Virus record (IMG/VR): IMGVR_UViG_3300036766_000988
Span: 124,001-188,000 of that record
Direction: 5' to 3' (one strand)
Length of the DNA: 64,000 bases
In this document: positions 18,089 to 28,800 of the stretch, piece by piece
Position numbering within the stretch: the stretch's first letter is position 1
Layout of the letters: every line of letters begins with the position of its first letter
Position numbers and translations under genes: made by a program
Notes under the pieces: generated by a model
The model's input: the letters and a program-made list of their open reading frames with translations, nothing else
The model's database searches: none
What the model was told of the DNA's origin: nothing

Positions 18089-18600
18089 GACTCGTCTCCG
18101 AGGTCGGGGAGGATGCCGGGATTTCGGCGTTCGATGGCCCGGATGGCGGCGGTGATGTCCTTGACCGTCGTGGCAGCGGGAGTCTTGGGAAGCGCTTCGT
18201 AGTAGGCCTTCATCTTGTCGAGGATGTACTCGACTGCGAGATCGACCCTGCCGTAGTTGACGGTGTGCCGACCCTTGTAGGCCTTATCGTTGTAGTCCTT
18301 GAGGGTCGGCGGGTTCATGAAGTGACCCTTGTGGACCCAGCAGTCGATGAAGATGCCGTCGGTGTTTCGGTGCTCCCCAAACGTGATGAGGAGACAGGTC
18401 TTGTCCGAGAAGCTCCGACGGACGTTCAAGCAGACGCCGCGCTCCCGACCGTTGTACCAGGGGGACGTCTCGATCTCGATCTTGTACGTACCAAGATCCT
18501 TGTCGTACTCGGCGAAGGCGGGCTCCCGACGCGAGAGCATCGCCAAGACCGCCAAGGCCTGGGGGTTGAGGTTGAAGGTGGGGTCGCCGATGGTGTTCAT
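18085..18600 (-). CDS. hypothetical protein
   Basis: 171 aa ORF coupled to the methyltransferase. Confidence 0.6.
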   Translation of the reverse strand: MNTIGDPTFNLNPQALAVLAMLSRREPAFAEYDKDLGTYKIEIETSPWYNGRERGVCLNVRRSFSDKTCLLITFGEHRNTDGIFIDCWVHKGHFMNPPTLKDYNDKAYKGRHTVNYGRVDLAVEYILDKMKAYYEALPKTPAATTVKDITAAIRAIERRNPGILPDLGDES

Positions 18601-18607
18601 GGTTGTG

Positions 18608-18970
18608 CTACGCCGGGCAGGTCTCTTCGATCAACCGGCGAAGATCGTCCGGCCGCATCGGTTTCAGGAACACCTTGGTGGCCCCACAGGCGGTCCCGAT
18701 TCGGAAGACCTCCATGTTCCCCGAAATGAGCACCACGGGGATCTCGGGGTATCGAGCCCGCACGATCTCACAGAACTCGTCGCCGTCCATCCTGGGCATT
18801 TCGAGGTCCGACAGGATGAGGTCCGGCCTGAAGCCCCCTTCGAGAAGCGGTAACGCCTCCCCAGGGCACATGCACAGGGTGGAGTCGCAGTTCAGCATCG
18901 AGAGCATCCGGCCGTACGCGGAACGTATCTGCCGATCGTCTTCGACGACGAGAACCTTGGGAGCTGCCAT
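18608..18970 (-). CDS. stand-alone response regulator receiver (CheY-like)
   Basis: VLVVEDD, DLILSDLEMPRMDG (phospho-Asp), VVLISG, FLKP. Confidence 0.9.
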   Translation of the reverse strand: MAAPKVLVVEDDRQIRSAYGRMLSMLNCDSTLCMCPGEALPLLEGGFRPDLILSDLEMPRMDGDEFCEIVRARYPEIPVVLISGNMEVFRIGTACGATKVFLKPMRPDDLRRLIEETCPA

Positions 18971-18995
18971 GGGGGCCTTCTTGGGGGTGAGGGGT

Positions 18996-19493
18996 TCAGG
19001 CGGTGTGGCGGGCGAAGTCGAGCTTCTTCGAGGTGAGCGCCGCCGCAGCCAGCTCGGCCGCGTTGGGGGCACCAGCCGCCACAGCTTCGAGGACGGCTTC
19101 GAAGAGCTTGTCTTCGAGCCCGTGGGCGGCATCGAAGTCGCCAGCACAGGCCATGATCTCGGCGACCTTCTGGGTCACGTCCTTGACCGTCAGGCTGAGA
19201 TGGGCGGCGAGGTACCACTGGCCCTTGTCGAACTTGATGAGCCCGCCCTTGCGGAGGCTCTGAAGGGCGCGGTCGACGACGCGCTCGACGGGCAGCCCGT
19301 GATCGCCATCGACGAAGCGGGTCGTGAAGCCGCACACCACGACGAAGTGGCCCGACGTGCGACCCTGGGTCGGGTTCTTGAGGTACTCCAAGATCTTCGT
19401 CTTGGTGGTCTCGACCGCGAGCTTCTCGGTGCTGCCTTCGGGGGTCTTCATGGGGGTCTCCTGGGGGACGTGAAAGACGGGGAGAGCCCCCAT
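18996..19493 (-). CDS. hypothetical two-domain phage protein
   Basis: Class A promoter upstream; C-terminal GDFDAAHGLEDKLF..VL.A.A pattern. Confidence 0.55.
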   Translation of the reverse strand: MGALPVFHVPQETPMKTPEGSTEKLAVETTKTKILEYLKNPTQGRTSGHFVVVCGFTTRFVDGDHGLPVERVVDRALQSLRKGGLIKFDKGQWYLAAHLSLTVKDVTQKVAEIMACAGDFDAAHGLEDKLFEAVLEAVAAGAPNAAELAAAALTSKKLDFARHTA

Positions 19494-19534
19494 CTAGCAG
19501 TACTACGCCGTGGGGGCCCTTGGTTCAGCAGCTT

Positions 19535-19876
19535 CTAGAAGCTGGGATCGCGGTAGGCCGAGTACTCGCCGAGCGAGAGGAAGCCGCTGCGCTTGTTGCC
19601 CTTCGAGACGTAACGGCCGTTCTTGCGGCGCGTGAAGACGCGGACGGCGCCCTCGGGGTCGGCGACGAACAGGTAGCGCTGCTGCTCCGAGAAGATCGAG
19701 CCCGATGCCAAGCGGCTCTTGGCATCGCGTGTGGTGACCTCGTGGCCGCTCTTCGAGACGGCGACGACCGTCACGGCGTAGCGGTCACTGCCGACCTGGT
19801 AGGAGGCGGGCAGCCCGACGACGGGGACGACGGGGGTTTCTTCGGACGAGAGATTCGAGGCGGTCGAGGTGGGCAT
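19535..19876 (-). CDS. hypothetical protein
   Basis: Class A promoter 6 nt before the ATG. Confidence 0.6.
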   Translation of the reverse strand: MPTSTASNLSSEETPVVPVVGLPASYQVGSDRYAVTVVAVSKSGHEVTTRDAKSRLASGSIFSEQQRYLFVADPEGAVRVFTRRKNGRYVSKGNKRSGFLSLGEYSAYRDPSF

Positions 19877-19905
19877 GAGGCTACTACGCTCCTTGAAGAT
19901 TTGGT

Positions 19906-20187
19906 TCAACCCTGGATCGGATCCCGCGTGTAGGTCGCCAGGATCTCGCCCGTCCGCTGGTCCTTGATTCGAGCCGTCAGGATGTGGGTCAGCCCGATGT
20001 GGCTGTTGACGCCCCCTGGGGAGGTCGAGGCCTCGTACCCAAGAGCGTACTTCTTGAGGTTCTCGGTCGTGGCCTTGCCGTCAGCCGGGATCAGGCCCCG
20101 CTTGCGCATCCTCCACTCGGAGGGAGTCCAGTGCCCACGATCCGTGGTGACCTCGACGACGAACGGGATGAGTCGGCTGTGTCCCAT
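19906..20187 (-). CDS. hypothetical protein
   Basis: Class A promoter 6 nt before the ATG. Confidence 0.6.
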   Translation of the reverse strand: MGHSRLIPFVVEVTTDRGHWTPSEWRMRKRGLIPADGKATTENLKKYALGYEASTSPGGVNSHIGLTHILTARIKDQRTGEILATYTRDPIQG

Positions 20188-20217
20188 GAAGTTACTACGC
20201 CGTCGATCCCTTTGGGT

Positions 20218-20517
20218 TCAGCCGAGAAGATGCAGCACTTCTCGGACGTCGCTGTCGGTCAGCCCACAGGACTCTCCCTCCGCGTCCGCCTTGCAGACGA
20301 AGAAAGTACCCACGATGTGGGTATCGCCGACCACCCGGTTGAACGGCAGCCGTTGGAGGAGCCCTTCCTCGTTGCAGAAGAGGTCGAACCGGCCCAGCCG
20401 GACCAGCTCGATCAAGCCGCCCACGACCGCCTGCATCCCTTCCAAGGACGACGGAATCTCCTGGATCATGGGAAATCCGCCCGGCTTGCAGATGACGACC
20501 TGCATGGTTTTCGGCAT
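20218..20517 (-). CDS. DUF3846 domain protein
   Basis: LEGMQAVVGGLIE...LFCNEEG...LPFNR...IVGTFFV. Confidence 0.75.
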   Translation of the reverse strand: MPKTMQVVICKPGGFPMIQEIPSSLEGMQAVVGGLIELVRLGRFDLFCNEEGLLQRLPFNRVVGDTHIVGTFFVCKADAEGESCGLTDSDVREVLHLLG

Positions 20518-20528
20518 GAAAGTCTCCC

Positions 20529-20735
20529 TCAGATCTTTCGGATGCGGTCCGGCGGACAGACGACCATCAGGGTGCGGCCGTTGTCCCACAGGACATCGAT
20601 TTGGGTGAAGTTGTCGCCGGGCCCGAGCCGCACAGGTTCGACGTGACGAACCGTGCCCTTGGTACCCGGCGCAATCGGATTGGGGTCGTCGCTCATGCGG
20701 ATCATCTCGATCCGGTCACCGGTGGCGAACATCAC
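20529..20735 (-). CDS. DUF4314 domain protein
   Basis: GDRIEMIRMSDDPNPIAPGTKGTV...QIDVLWDNGRTL. Confidence 0.75.
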   Translation of the reverse strand: MMFATGDRIEMIRMSDDPNPIAPGTKGTVRHVEPVRLGPGDNFTQIDVLWDNGRTLMVVCPPDRIRKI

Positions 20736-20946
20736 TCCGCCCCCATGTAGGTGTAGGCGAAGAGCGCACGACGAACCTCTGCCACAGCCGCCTTCTCCTC
20801 GTTCGCACGAGCCACCTTGTCCGCCGCCGGAGCGGGGACAACGACGAACCGGATGACGACAGGGGTAACAGGGGTGAGGACCATCGAAACCATACAGCTA
20901 CTACACCTCGGGATCCCTTAGTTCAGCCAGGATTCGTTCTTGGGTG

Positions 20947-21246
20947 TTACTTGATCAGCTCGACGAAGTCCTCGAAGTAGATGATGACCTCGTGCTTCCC
21001 TTCGGCGTGACCGTGCTCCCAGGCCAGCTCGAAACAGCGCTGTGCCTTCGGGTTTCCGGTGACCCCGTGCTCCTCGAAGAGATCTTGCTTGAATTGCTCG
21101 CGGAGCTGCTGCACCTCGTCCCGGTAGGCCTTCTTGAGGGCCTCTTCCTGGGCGTTGATCTTGGTGGGCCAGGGGCTCTTGGGGGCATAGCAGCCCTGCT
21201 TCAACCTCTCCAACACGGTACGGGTATCCACGATGGTTTTGGGCAT
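20947..21246 (-). CDS. hypothetical protein
   Basis: Class A promoter 6 nt before the ATG. Confidence 0.6.
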   Translation of the reverse strand: MPKTIVDTRTVLERLKQGCYAPKSPWPTKINAQEEALKKAYRDEVQQLREQFKQDLFEEHGVTGNPKAQRCFELAWEHGHAEGKHEVIIYFEDFVELIK

Positions 21247-21275
21247 GCTGCTACTACGCCGCCAAGAGGCTGCGT

Positions 21276-21608
21276 TCAGCGAGCTTCGGGAATGTCGTTG
21301 AGGTCTGCCTCGAACCAGTAGCCGCCCGTCCCCGCCCAGCGAACGCTCGGGTTCGTCAGGGGCACCTTGGTGACGATGAAGTGGTACGGAGGCTCCGTCG
21401 CCTGCTCGTGTTTGGTATCCGTCGAACCAGGGAGGATGTGGTCGACTTTGACCCGGTAGGTACGAGCGGCGACGCGATCCTTCATCTGGGGATGCGTCGT
21501 TCGAAGGTGCGTACCCTTCGGGATCGTCACCGTGTCGCCTCGCTTGACGGGCAGATCCGCGTCCTCGTGGAAGCCGACGTACTTCGGGGTGTTAACAGAA
21601 GGGGCCAT
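21276..21608 (-). CDS. hypothetical SH3-like protein
   Basis: 110 aa ORF; TACTAG variant motif 6 nt upstream. Confidence 0.55.
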   Translation of the reverse strand: MAPSVNTPKYVGFHEDADLPVKRGDTVTIPKGTHLRTTHPQMKDRVAARTYRVKVDHILPGSTDTKHEQATEPPYHFIVTKVPLTNPSVRWAGTGGYWFEADLNDIPEAR

Positions 21609-22086
21609 GAAAGTACTAGGGTGTTGTATATACTTGTTGAACCAAAAAACGACTCCGGAGCGGCTATTTTTATTCAGGGTCTAGGCATCAAGGTAGGAAA
21701 TCTCACTTGATTTGAGCCGGGTTCTAGGACTTAGACCGAATAGGTCACCCCGTTAGTTCTGGGTTATTATGAAAAACGGTTCCGGAGCGGGGATTTGATC
21801 TTGTCCCTAAGTACGACCTACTGATGCGTGCCCAGCTCGACGCCAGCCAGGAAGGCCCAGATGAGCTGCCACAGAGCCAGATCGGTGACTTCCTGGAAGT
21901 TCCCAAGCCAGGCATCGGCGAATCCATCCCGGCGACGAACCTGAAGGTCGTACCCACGCCCTCTTTGGATGAGGGTAAACGTCCAGCCTTCGACGACGAA
22001 CTTGGAAGTGCCGCCTTCCTGGTACCGGACCCAGAAGTCGTGAACCTCCGCAGGAACTGTTTCAGGCGTCAGCGTGGTCCTGGGCA

Positions 22087-22467
22087 TCAGGTGTCGAGCC
22101 CCCAGTAGATCTGGAAGGTCTCCAGCTCTTCGAGCAGCTCCACCAGCCGGGTGTTGAGCCTCACGGCCTTGCGGGCTTGGTCGAGACGCGAGAGGGTTGT
22201 GCCGCACTGGATGCGGAGATTCACGGGCAGCAGGTGCTGCTCCACGGACGAAATCTCCGCCCTGATGAGGGCCTCGTCGCGATGGGCCTGGGGGAGCTTG
22301 GCGAGCTGCACGCATTCGAGCCCCACGCACCAGATGGTACCCACGGGATGATCGTCGCGAACGACGAGCTGCTCGACCGTTGCGTCTTCGGCATCGACCG
22401 CGATGATTTTCCCCAGGGTCTTTTGCCCGTGGAGACGTCCAAACAGCACCCGATCACCCTTCAACAT
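22087..22467 (-). CDS. SH3/KOW-like domain protein, paralog of 23725..24174
   Basis: GDRVLFGRLHGQKTLGKII...VGTIW vs GDKVYFGRAHGEKTLGEVV...VGTIW. Confidence 0.6.
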   Translation of the reverse strand: MLKGDRVLFGRLHGQKTLGKIIAVDAEDATVEQLVVRDDHPVGTIWCVGLECVQLAKLPQAHRDEALIRAEISSVEQHLLPVNLRIQCGTTLSRLDQARKAVRLNTRLVELLEELETFQIYWGLDT

Positions 22468-22732
22468 GGCCTCTACCCTTACTTGGGGTCCCGCAGGATG
22501 GCCCCGAGATCTTGCATGGCCCCATCACCCGAGAGCCCGCTCTTGACGGGCTCCCACTCGTCGTAGAGGGCCTGGATGCGAGCGAGCTTCTGCTCGGCCT
22601 CAGCCAGCCGTTCCTTCGTGCCCTCGAAGCACGCCTCATCCGTGTGGGGCTCGGCCCACTGGCTCATCAAGACAAGGGCCTTGCAGTGCGGACAGAGGAC
22701 GAAGCCGGGGGGCAGCGGTTCAGCCATGGGGA

Positions 22733-23140
22733 TTATACCTTCCGGCGTTTCGAGACGGGTTTCTTGGGCATCGGGGGCGGGTTGCAGCCATCGCAGTCGA
22801 TGCTGAGCGCCCCCACGGGGTGGTCGGGATTGTCCGATGCGACCTCGGCGAACCAGAAGCGCCCGTGGGGGCACTGGTCACCCGCCTTCGTGGGAGGCGG
22901 CGGCTTGTAGTCGACGATGGGAAGCAGATCGAGGGCCATGTTCCACCGGATGATGTCCTGGGTCAGCGAGTTCGCGTTGTGGATCAGGTGGTTGTTGAGC
23001 GGCTTGCCCTCGGCGATTTCCTTGAGGGCAACCTCGACCTCATACGCCAGGCTGCGGAGCCCGTTCTCTAGATGGAGGCGGGCCGAGTCCTGCGCGATCG
23101 TGAGGCGGCTGTGGAGTAGACGCTTGGCTGTGGAGTCCAT
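22733..23140 (-). CDS. hypothetical protein
   Basis: Class A promoter 6 nt before the ATG at 23140. Confidence 0.6.
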   Translation of the reverse strand: MDSTAKRLLHSRLTIAQDSARLHLENGLRSLAYEVEVALKEIAEGKPLNNHLIHNANSLTQDIIRWNMALDLLPIVDYKPPPPTKAGDQCPHGRFWFAEVASDNPDHPVGALSIDCDGCNPPPMPKKPVSKRRKV

Positions 23141-23169
23141 GGCGGTACTACGTTGCCAGAAGCCAGGGT

Positions 23170-23679
23170 TCAGCGAGCGTTCAACTCTTCTTGGGTAGGT
23201 GGTAGGAGATACGGACGAAGCTCGTGTTTGTCGTGTCGCTTGATCCATTGACAGTTCATACAGAGGGTCTGGAATCCTACTGGAAACCCTTGCCGCACAA
23301 GCCATCGGTAGAAGTTGATGCCCCCAAGGGTTCGGCGATGATCCGCACCACCGCTGTCTACGTGGTCGATGGAGAGCGCACGCATGTCAGGGAAACCACA
23401 CCCAACGCATATGACTCCATAGTGCGCAAAGACCCTCTCTTTGGCGCGGTAGTACGAGCTTCGACACGCAACGAGATGCCTGTCGTGGTACCGCTCGCGT
23501 TCGGTCGCGTAATGACCTGTTTTGGCTTTACGAGCCGCCTGGCGACGCTTGTTGTGGCATGTCTTACACTCGGTTTGAAGGCGGTCCCTAGTGGTCCGGT
23601 GGGGATGAAACTCGCTTACAGCGATTGGGCCCCGTTCTGGACCACACATAGCGCATCGTTTCAGTCGTTCTTCACTCAT
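23170..23679 (-). CDS. HNH endonuclease with N-terminal Zn finger
   Basis: CAMC...ECKTC; YGVICVGCGF...LSIDHV...QTLCMNCQWIK. Confidence 0.78.
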   Translation of the reverse strand: MSEERLKRCAMCGPERGPIAVSEFHPHRTTRDRLQTECKTCHNKRRQAARKAKTGHYATERERYHDRHLVACRSSYYRAKERVFAHYGVICVGCGFPDMRALSIDHVDSGGADHRRTLGGINFYRWLVRQGFPVGFQTLCMNCQWIKRHDKHELRPYLLPPTQEELNAR

Positions 23680-23724
23680 GCTTTACGTTCGCCATCGAAA
23701 AACTATTCGATGGCGAACGGGTGT

Positions 23725-24174
23725 TCAGAACGAGCCAGCAAGCCGGTATGCCTCTTCCTCGTCCACCCGACGGCCAATCTCGACGAACAATGTGTTGAGC
23801 TTGGCACGAAGAGCGACCCCATGACGACGAGCAGCCGAGGCTGAGATTTCCCCATCCTGGTGTAAATTCTCGGGACTGAGGTGGCTGTAGACCCCCAGGA
23901 TGTCCTTCAGGATGGCAGCCTCGGGCCTGCGGACCGCCGGGGCCTGAGGAGCCTGCGGGAGGCTCTTGGGCTCGCTGGGGACCGACACGGCACCCGTCAC
24001 CGGGCTCACGAGCGAGAGAGCCACGCGCCAGATGGTGCCCACCGCGAAGTTCTTCATGGTGCCGCGGCTTTCGAGCTGCTTCACCTTGACGGACTTGCCG
24101 TTGACCTTGACCACCTCGCCCAGAGTCTTCTCACCGTGGGCGCGACCGAAGTAGACTTTGTCGCCACGTACCAT
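23725..24174 (-). CDS. SH3/KOW-like domain protein
   Basis: Class A promoter; N-terminal domain shared with 22087..22467. Confidence 0.65.
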   Translation of the reverse strand: MVRGDKVYFGRAHGEKTLGEVVKVNGKSVKVKQLESRGTMKNFAVGTIWRVALSLVSPVTGAVSVPSEPKSLPQAPQAPAVRRPEAAILKDILGVYSHLSPENLHQDGEISASAARRHGVALRAKLNTLFVEIGRRVDEEEAYRLAGSF

Positions 24175-24592
24175 GTAGCTACTACGCCCGTGCCAGCCTC
24201 AGTTCAGCAAGTTTTCGGACAGCGCCCCAGAGCTGTTCCCAGCGAATCTGTGATGTGCTACCCCCAACTTGGGCGAGTAGCTCAGAACCGATTCAGAAGC
24301 GCCGCGTCCAGGAAGCGCAGACGAATTGGGTCACGAGCAGCGGGCTGATAACCCGTCAGGACGCTGGTAGTCGTGACCAGCCTCGTCCTTTTGAACTAGG
24401 GAACAACCCGATGAGGAGCCTCGTCGGGACAATCCCGATCCCAGAGCTTCACGTACTCACGAGCTTCCTTGCGAGTTGCACCGGCTTCGAACTTCTTGCC
24501 CGTGTTGTCCCGCACGTACCACCAGGGCTTCTTGGGGGTCTTGGTCGGCTTCTTGGGCTTCATCCAGCTACTACGCTGGCAGGAGTCCCAGC

Positions 24593-25306
24593 TCAGTCTG
24601 AAGTCCACCAAGCCGAACGAGCGGCCAATTTGACCTTGATCCGGTCGGCCTGCTCCTGGCCTTCCTGCCAGCGCGTCGGGTTGTTCTTCCGCTGGCTGTC
24701 ACAACCAGCCCAGGTCTCGGCAGCGCCCGCACAGGCGGCCTCGAAGGGCATCCCGCTCTTGAGACTGCGGAGGAAGTCCAGAGCCGAAGCCACGCAACCT
24801 CCGGCTCCTGGCACAGCGGTCGCCCCAAGAGCAGCGGCCCAGTTGGACTCCGTGATCGCAAACGCGTCCTCGAAGGTGCGGTAGGTCTCGACGATGCAGT
24901 ACGCGATCGTCACTGGATGGCCGGGGTAGACCGCGAACTCGCCGAGGATGTCCAGGTCGTGCCGGGTATCCTCCCCAGGGTAACGGGGCAGCCTCATGCG
25001 GATGTTGCGAGGAAGCTTCCCCGCCACATCGTAGGTGTCCATGGTGCCCGTGCGGTCGTAGCAGTACCAGCCGTGCAGCTCCGAAGAGTACTCGCTGTCG
25101 TGCTGCCGCCCGTAGAGCTTCGTCAGGCTGTTCGCCGTGTTGATGGCGTCCGCTCGGTTGAGCCAGAGCCGCAGGACGTAGTTTCCCCGAGTCACCCGCA
25201 CTTCCTGGGGCGGTCCCTTGGGAATATCCCGCACCGGCACACGCTTCTTGGCTGCCTTCTTGGGGGTCTTGGCTGCCTTCTTGGATGCGGGGCTCCCGGT
25301 CTTCAT
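24593..25306 (-). CDS. hypothetical protein with Lys-rich N-terminus
   Basis: Class A promoter 7 nt before the ATG; 237 aa. Confidence 0.6.
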   Translation of the reverse strand: MKTGSPASKKAAKTPKKAAKKRVPVRDIPKGPPQEVRVTRGNYVLRLWLNRADAINTANSLTKLYGRQHDSEYSSELHGWYCYDRTGTMDTYDVAGKLPRNIRMRLPRYPGEDTRHDLDILGEFAVYPGHPVTIAYCIVETYRTFEDAFAITESNWAAALGATAVPGAGGCVASALDFLRSLKSGMPFEAACAGAAETWAGCDSQRKNNPTRWQEGQEQADRIKVKLAARSAWWTSD

Positions 25307-25341
25307 GGTGGGTACTACACCTCAGAGGCCCCTGGTTCAGC

Positions 25342-25818
25342 CTACTTGCGTTCGTAAGGCTGGTAGCAGAACAGGCACGAGTCCATGGCGGGGTCGTTCT
25401 CCTGATCGTAACAGCAGTACGTCGTGGGGCTCTTGGGACATTCGTGAACGTGCTCGATCCACAAGTCCTTGGAGTCGAGAGTCCCCTCCGGAGCCCATTC
25501 GGAGTTGTAGATGCCCGTCACGATGCCCCGCAGCAGATCCTGTTGAACCCCGATCTCCTCCATGATCTCGGAGATCTTCTCCCGCATGCCGTCCATTGCG
25601 TTCAGGACCCCAGCAACCCTAGGGTCCGGTTCACGCGGGATGGGCTTCGGGTTCTTTTCCTGACGAGCCTTGTTGCGGCGAGCGTACTGGATGTCGCGAC
25701 AGGGCTTGCATCGAACGATCTGGTGGGTGCGCTTCTTCCTCGCGTGCTCTTCCTGCTCGGCCGCCGTCCAACAGAAGGGTTTTTGACAGTCCCGACAGGT
25801 GAGGTTGAGATCTTCCAT
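25342..25818 (-). CDS. zinc-ribbon (CxxC...CxxC) domain protein
   Basis: LTCRDCQKPFCWTAAEQ...RCKPCR, second Cys/His cluster at the C-terminus. Confidence 0.6.
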   Translation of the reverse strand: MEDLNLTCRDCQKPFCWTAAEQEEHARKKRTHQIVRCKPCRDIQYARRNKARQEKNPKPIPREPDPRVAGVLNAMDGMREKISEIMEEIGVQQDLLRGIVTGIYNSEWAPEGTLDSKDLWIEHVHECPKSPTTYCCYDQENDPAMDSCLFCYQPYERK

Positions 25819-25820
25819 GG

Positions 25821-28800
25821 TTACTCGGCGAGGATCCTGTCCCAAGCAGTTCTGGGCGGAGCTTTGTAGACGTAGATGAGCAGCACCCGCTGGTTGATCT
25901 CCTTGCCCAAAAGATTGTGGCGGATCCAACAGCTCTTCTTGTTGACCTTCGTGACTACGCCGAAACGCCGTCGTCCGTAGGCGTACGGGTAGAACGAAAC
26001 CCGCACCCCCACAGCGAGCCAGAGCAAGTCCATGGCTCAGTCGTGCGTTCCGATGTGCATGGTGCCGTGCTCGGGACAGGTGAACGAGTACATGCAGACG
26101 CAGGGAGAAGGCGTCGCCTTCGAGCAACAGGCGTGCTGCCGGATGTGTTCTTTGCGGCGGCACTCGTCCGAGCAGAGCTGCTGCTCGAAGCGCTTCACCG
26201 CCCACCGGAAAACCTCGTCCGCCACGGGTTGGCCGCAGCAGCGGCACGTGCCGTACTCCTGCATCGCCCTGACAAGCCAGAAGAAGCTCCTGTTCTCCGC
26301 CCGATACTCACCCCTGAACAGGTACTGGTAGGTGGCCAGGTCCGAACGGAGCTTCTTCACGTCGCCTTCGAGCATGCTGAGAAGAAGCAGCACCCGCTCG
26401 TGCATCTCCCCCTTCTTGATCTGCACGGTGACGCGCTTCGGCTTGCTGGAACGCTTCTTGGGAGTGGGCTTCTTGGGGGTCATGGTCTTCCTAGACATTA
26501 CACCTCTACTCCTCGTGTCAGCCGTTACCAGCTTGAGACGGCCCAGTTGAGCAGCGCACGGAGCTTCTCGGGAGCCACCAACACACGGTCACCGCCGTAG
26601 ACCTGAATCGCAAGATGAAGCCCCGACCTGGGAGCATTCACCGTGGTCCGGTACACGAACACTGTCGGGGACTCGCCCAGGAGGTCGTAGGTGGCGTCCG
26701 GCTTCTCCCACCAGAGAAGTAGGCGCTCCACGAGCGCCACGGGTAGCCTGACGTGGTGATGATCGACAGCGATGTGCAGCACCTTCTCGTCCGTCCCCCA
26801 CTCGATGGAGGCCGACTCGCCGGTCTCGAAACAGCAGGCCGAGCCCAAAGGCTGCTGGATCTCGGGGGTCCCCACCGGCTTCGGAGCCGTGTACCCACCC
26901 AAAATCGTGTGGTTGAGGTCGTTCATGACAGTACTACGCCTCCAAAAGTAGGAGTTCAGCTAGGGAACGCCGCCGCCCGCTCCAAGAGCTGGAGAGCTTC
27001 CTCGCATTCGGCCGCCTTCGCCAGCAAAAGCTGGTCAACCTTGCTGCCGACCCCACGAGGAGCCGCTTCGCGGTAGATCTTGGCGTAGCTGCGGAGTAGG
27101 TCCAACGCAGCGTTGGGGCGAACGACGGGGGCAGCAACGGGCTTGGTGTCCATGAGGGTACTACGCCGCCACTTCTTGGGATTCAGCCCGACTTCTTGCG
27201 CTCCCCAGGGAAGTGCCAGCTATCGAGGAGCTTCTGAGGCACCGGCTGGTCGCCAAACATCCGAAGGATCTCGGCCCTGGCCCGGTGACACCGAGCCTCC
27301 TCCCGGTAATACGCCTGACGCTCCCAGTCGGAGAAGATGGCAGCCGCTTCGGCACAGGTCTTGGGTAGGGACGGAGTGCCCATCAGGTGGCCTCTTGAGG
27401 GTTGGGGAGGTTGCTCACGATGTGCGAGACCAACCAGTCGGCCGCGTCGTACATCCCGAGCCGGGACGCCACGAGCCGCAAATCCTCCAACTGGTCGTTC
27501 AGCGAATCCTGACGTTGCGATTGCCGAGGCAGAGCGCGGACAAGAGCGAGAAAGTCTTCGCGGGCCATTTACGCCGCCTTCCTGAGCGCATGGTAGCGCT
27601 GCTGGATCTGGCCGTTCCGGTGCGTCATGCGGGGACTCACCGACCCCAACATGTCGAGCAGGTCTTCACGGGGCCAGCTCCGTAGCTCGGGGAACTCGGC
27701 AAGTAGACGATCGAGGGCGGTGTCCATGAAACTACTACGCCGCCTGGAAGCCCGGTTCAGCGGGCCTTCGCGAGCTTGACGAAGAGCTTGAGCGCCTCGT
27801 CGAACGGAAGGGTGTTGAGAACCACCATCTGGGGATCGAACGGGACAGAGTGTCCGGGCAGGTTCGCCTGGAAAAGCTTTCCGTCACGAACGAAGACGAG
27901 CTTCTTCTTGAAGAGCCTCTTGAGGTCGCGCTCCGCCAGCCAGGTGTCCAGAAGCTCACCGAAAAGAAGCTCGGGGGACTGGGGGAGCGGCCCGAAGGCG
28001 TGATCGACCGGAGGCAGCGTCTTGCAGTAGACCCTGATCTCGTCGGCAAGACTTCCAGGACGAATCAGGTCCGCCCCACCGTGACCGTCGTTCTCGACCG
28101 TCCCGCGCTTCACCCCATCAACCCAGACATCCGCTGCAAAAGCAGACGTCTCGTGGGAAAGTCGCGCGTTGTAGGAGATGCGACGAAGTTCGATCTTCAT
28201 AGGGGTACTACGTCTTGGGTACTGCCGGTTCAGCCAAAATGTTGACCAGTAACGTAGGGTCGCCCGCCTGGGTCCGATGATGCCTGTACTCCCCCGCAGC
28301 CACGGAACGCGTCGAGCCAGACTCCTGCCACCCACAACAGCAGATGGCCGTCCAGCAACGTTCCGCAAGCGACCGCTCGCCGTTTGATTCCAGCGACACC
28401 AACCGGTGCTTCACGCGATGGCCTGAGCCCAGAGGTCGAGCTTGAGTACCAGATCCAAGGTCGCCTGCTCGAACGTGTCCCCCGAGCCCGTGATGTTCGA
28501 CGCTTTGCAGCGGCTCCCACGAAGCTTCACCGGAATACTCATTGTGCAGCCCCAGGCGGCTCACCCGGAACTCGGGCTCACCCAACGGGCCAGGCACCGG
28601 CAGAAGCCGAGGATGAAGACGTACGGCTTCCTCGATCTTGAGGAACAGCGGTTCCAGTTCAGCAGCGGTGGCCATGCAGCTACTACGTCACCATGACCCA
28701 CAGTTCAGCTCGTCCAGCAAGGGTGGAATCCCTACCGCCGGGCGGACAACCAGATGAGGCCGACCGCCAGAAGCCCCACCAGCAAGAGCCCGAAGTCGAC

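Noticed and set aside
21610-21820. AT-rich ~200 bp intergenic patch as a replication origin
   Set aside because: No iterons or DnaA boxes were recognised; composition alone is not enough
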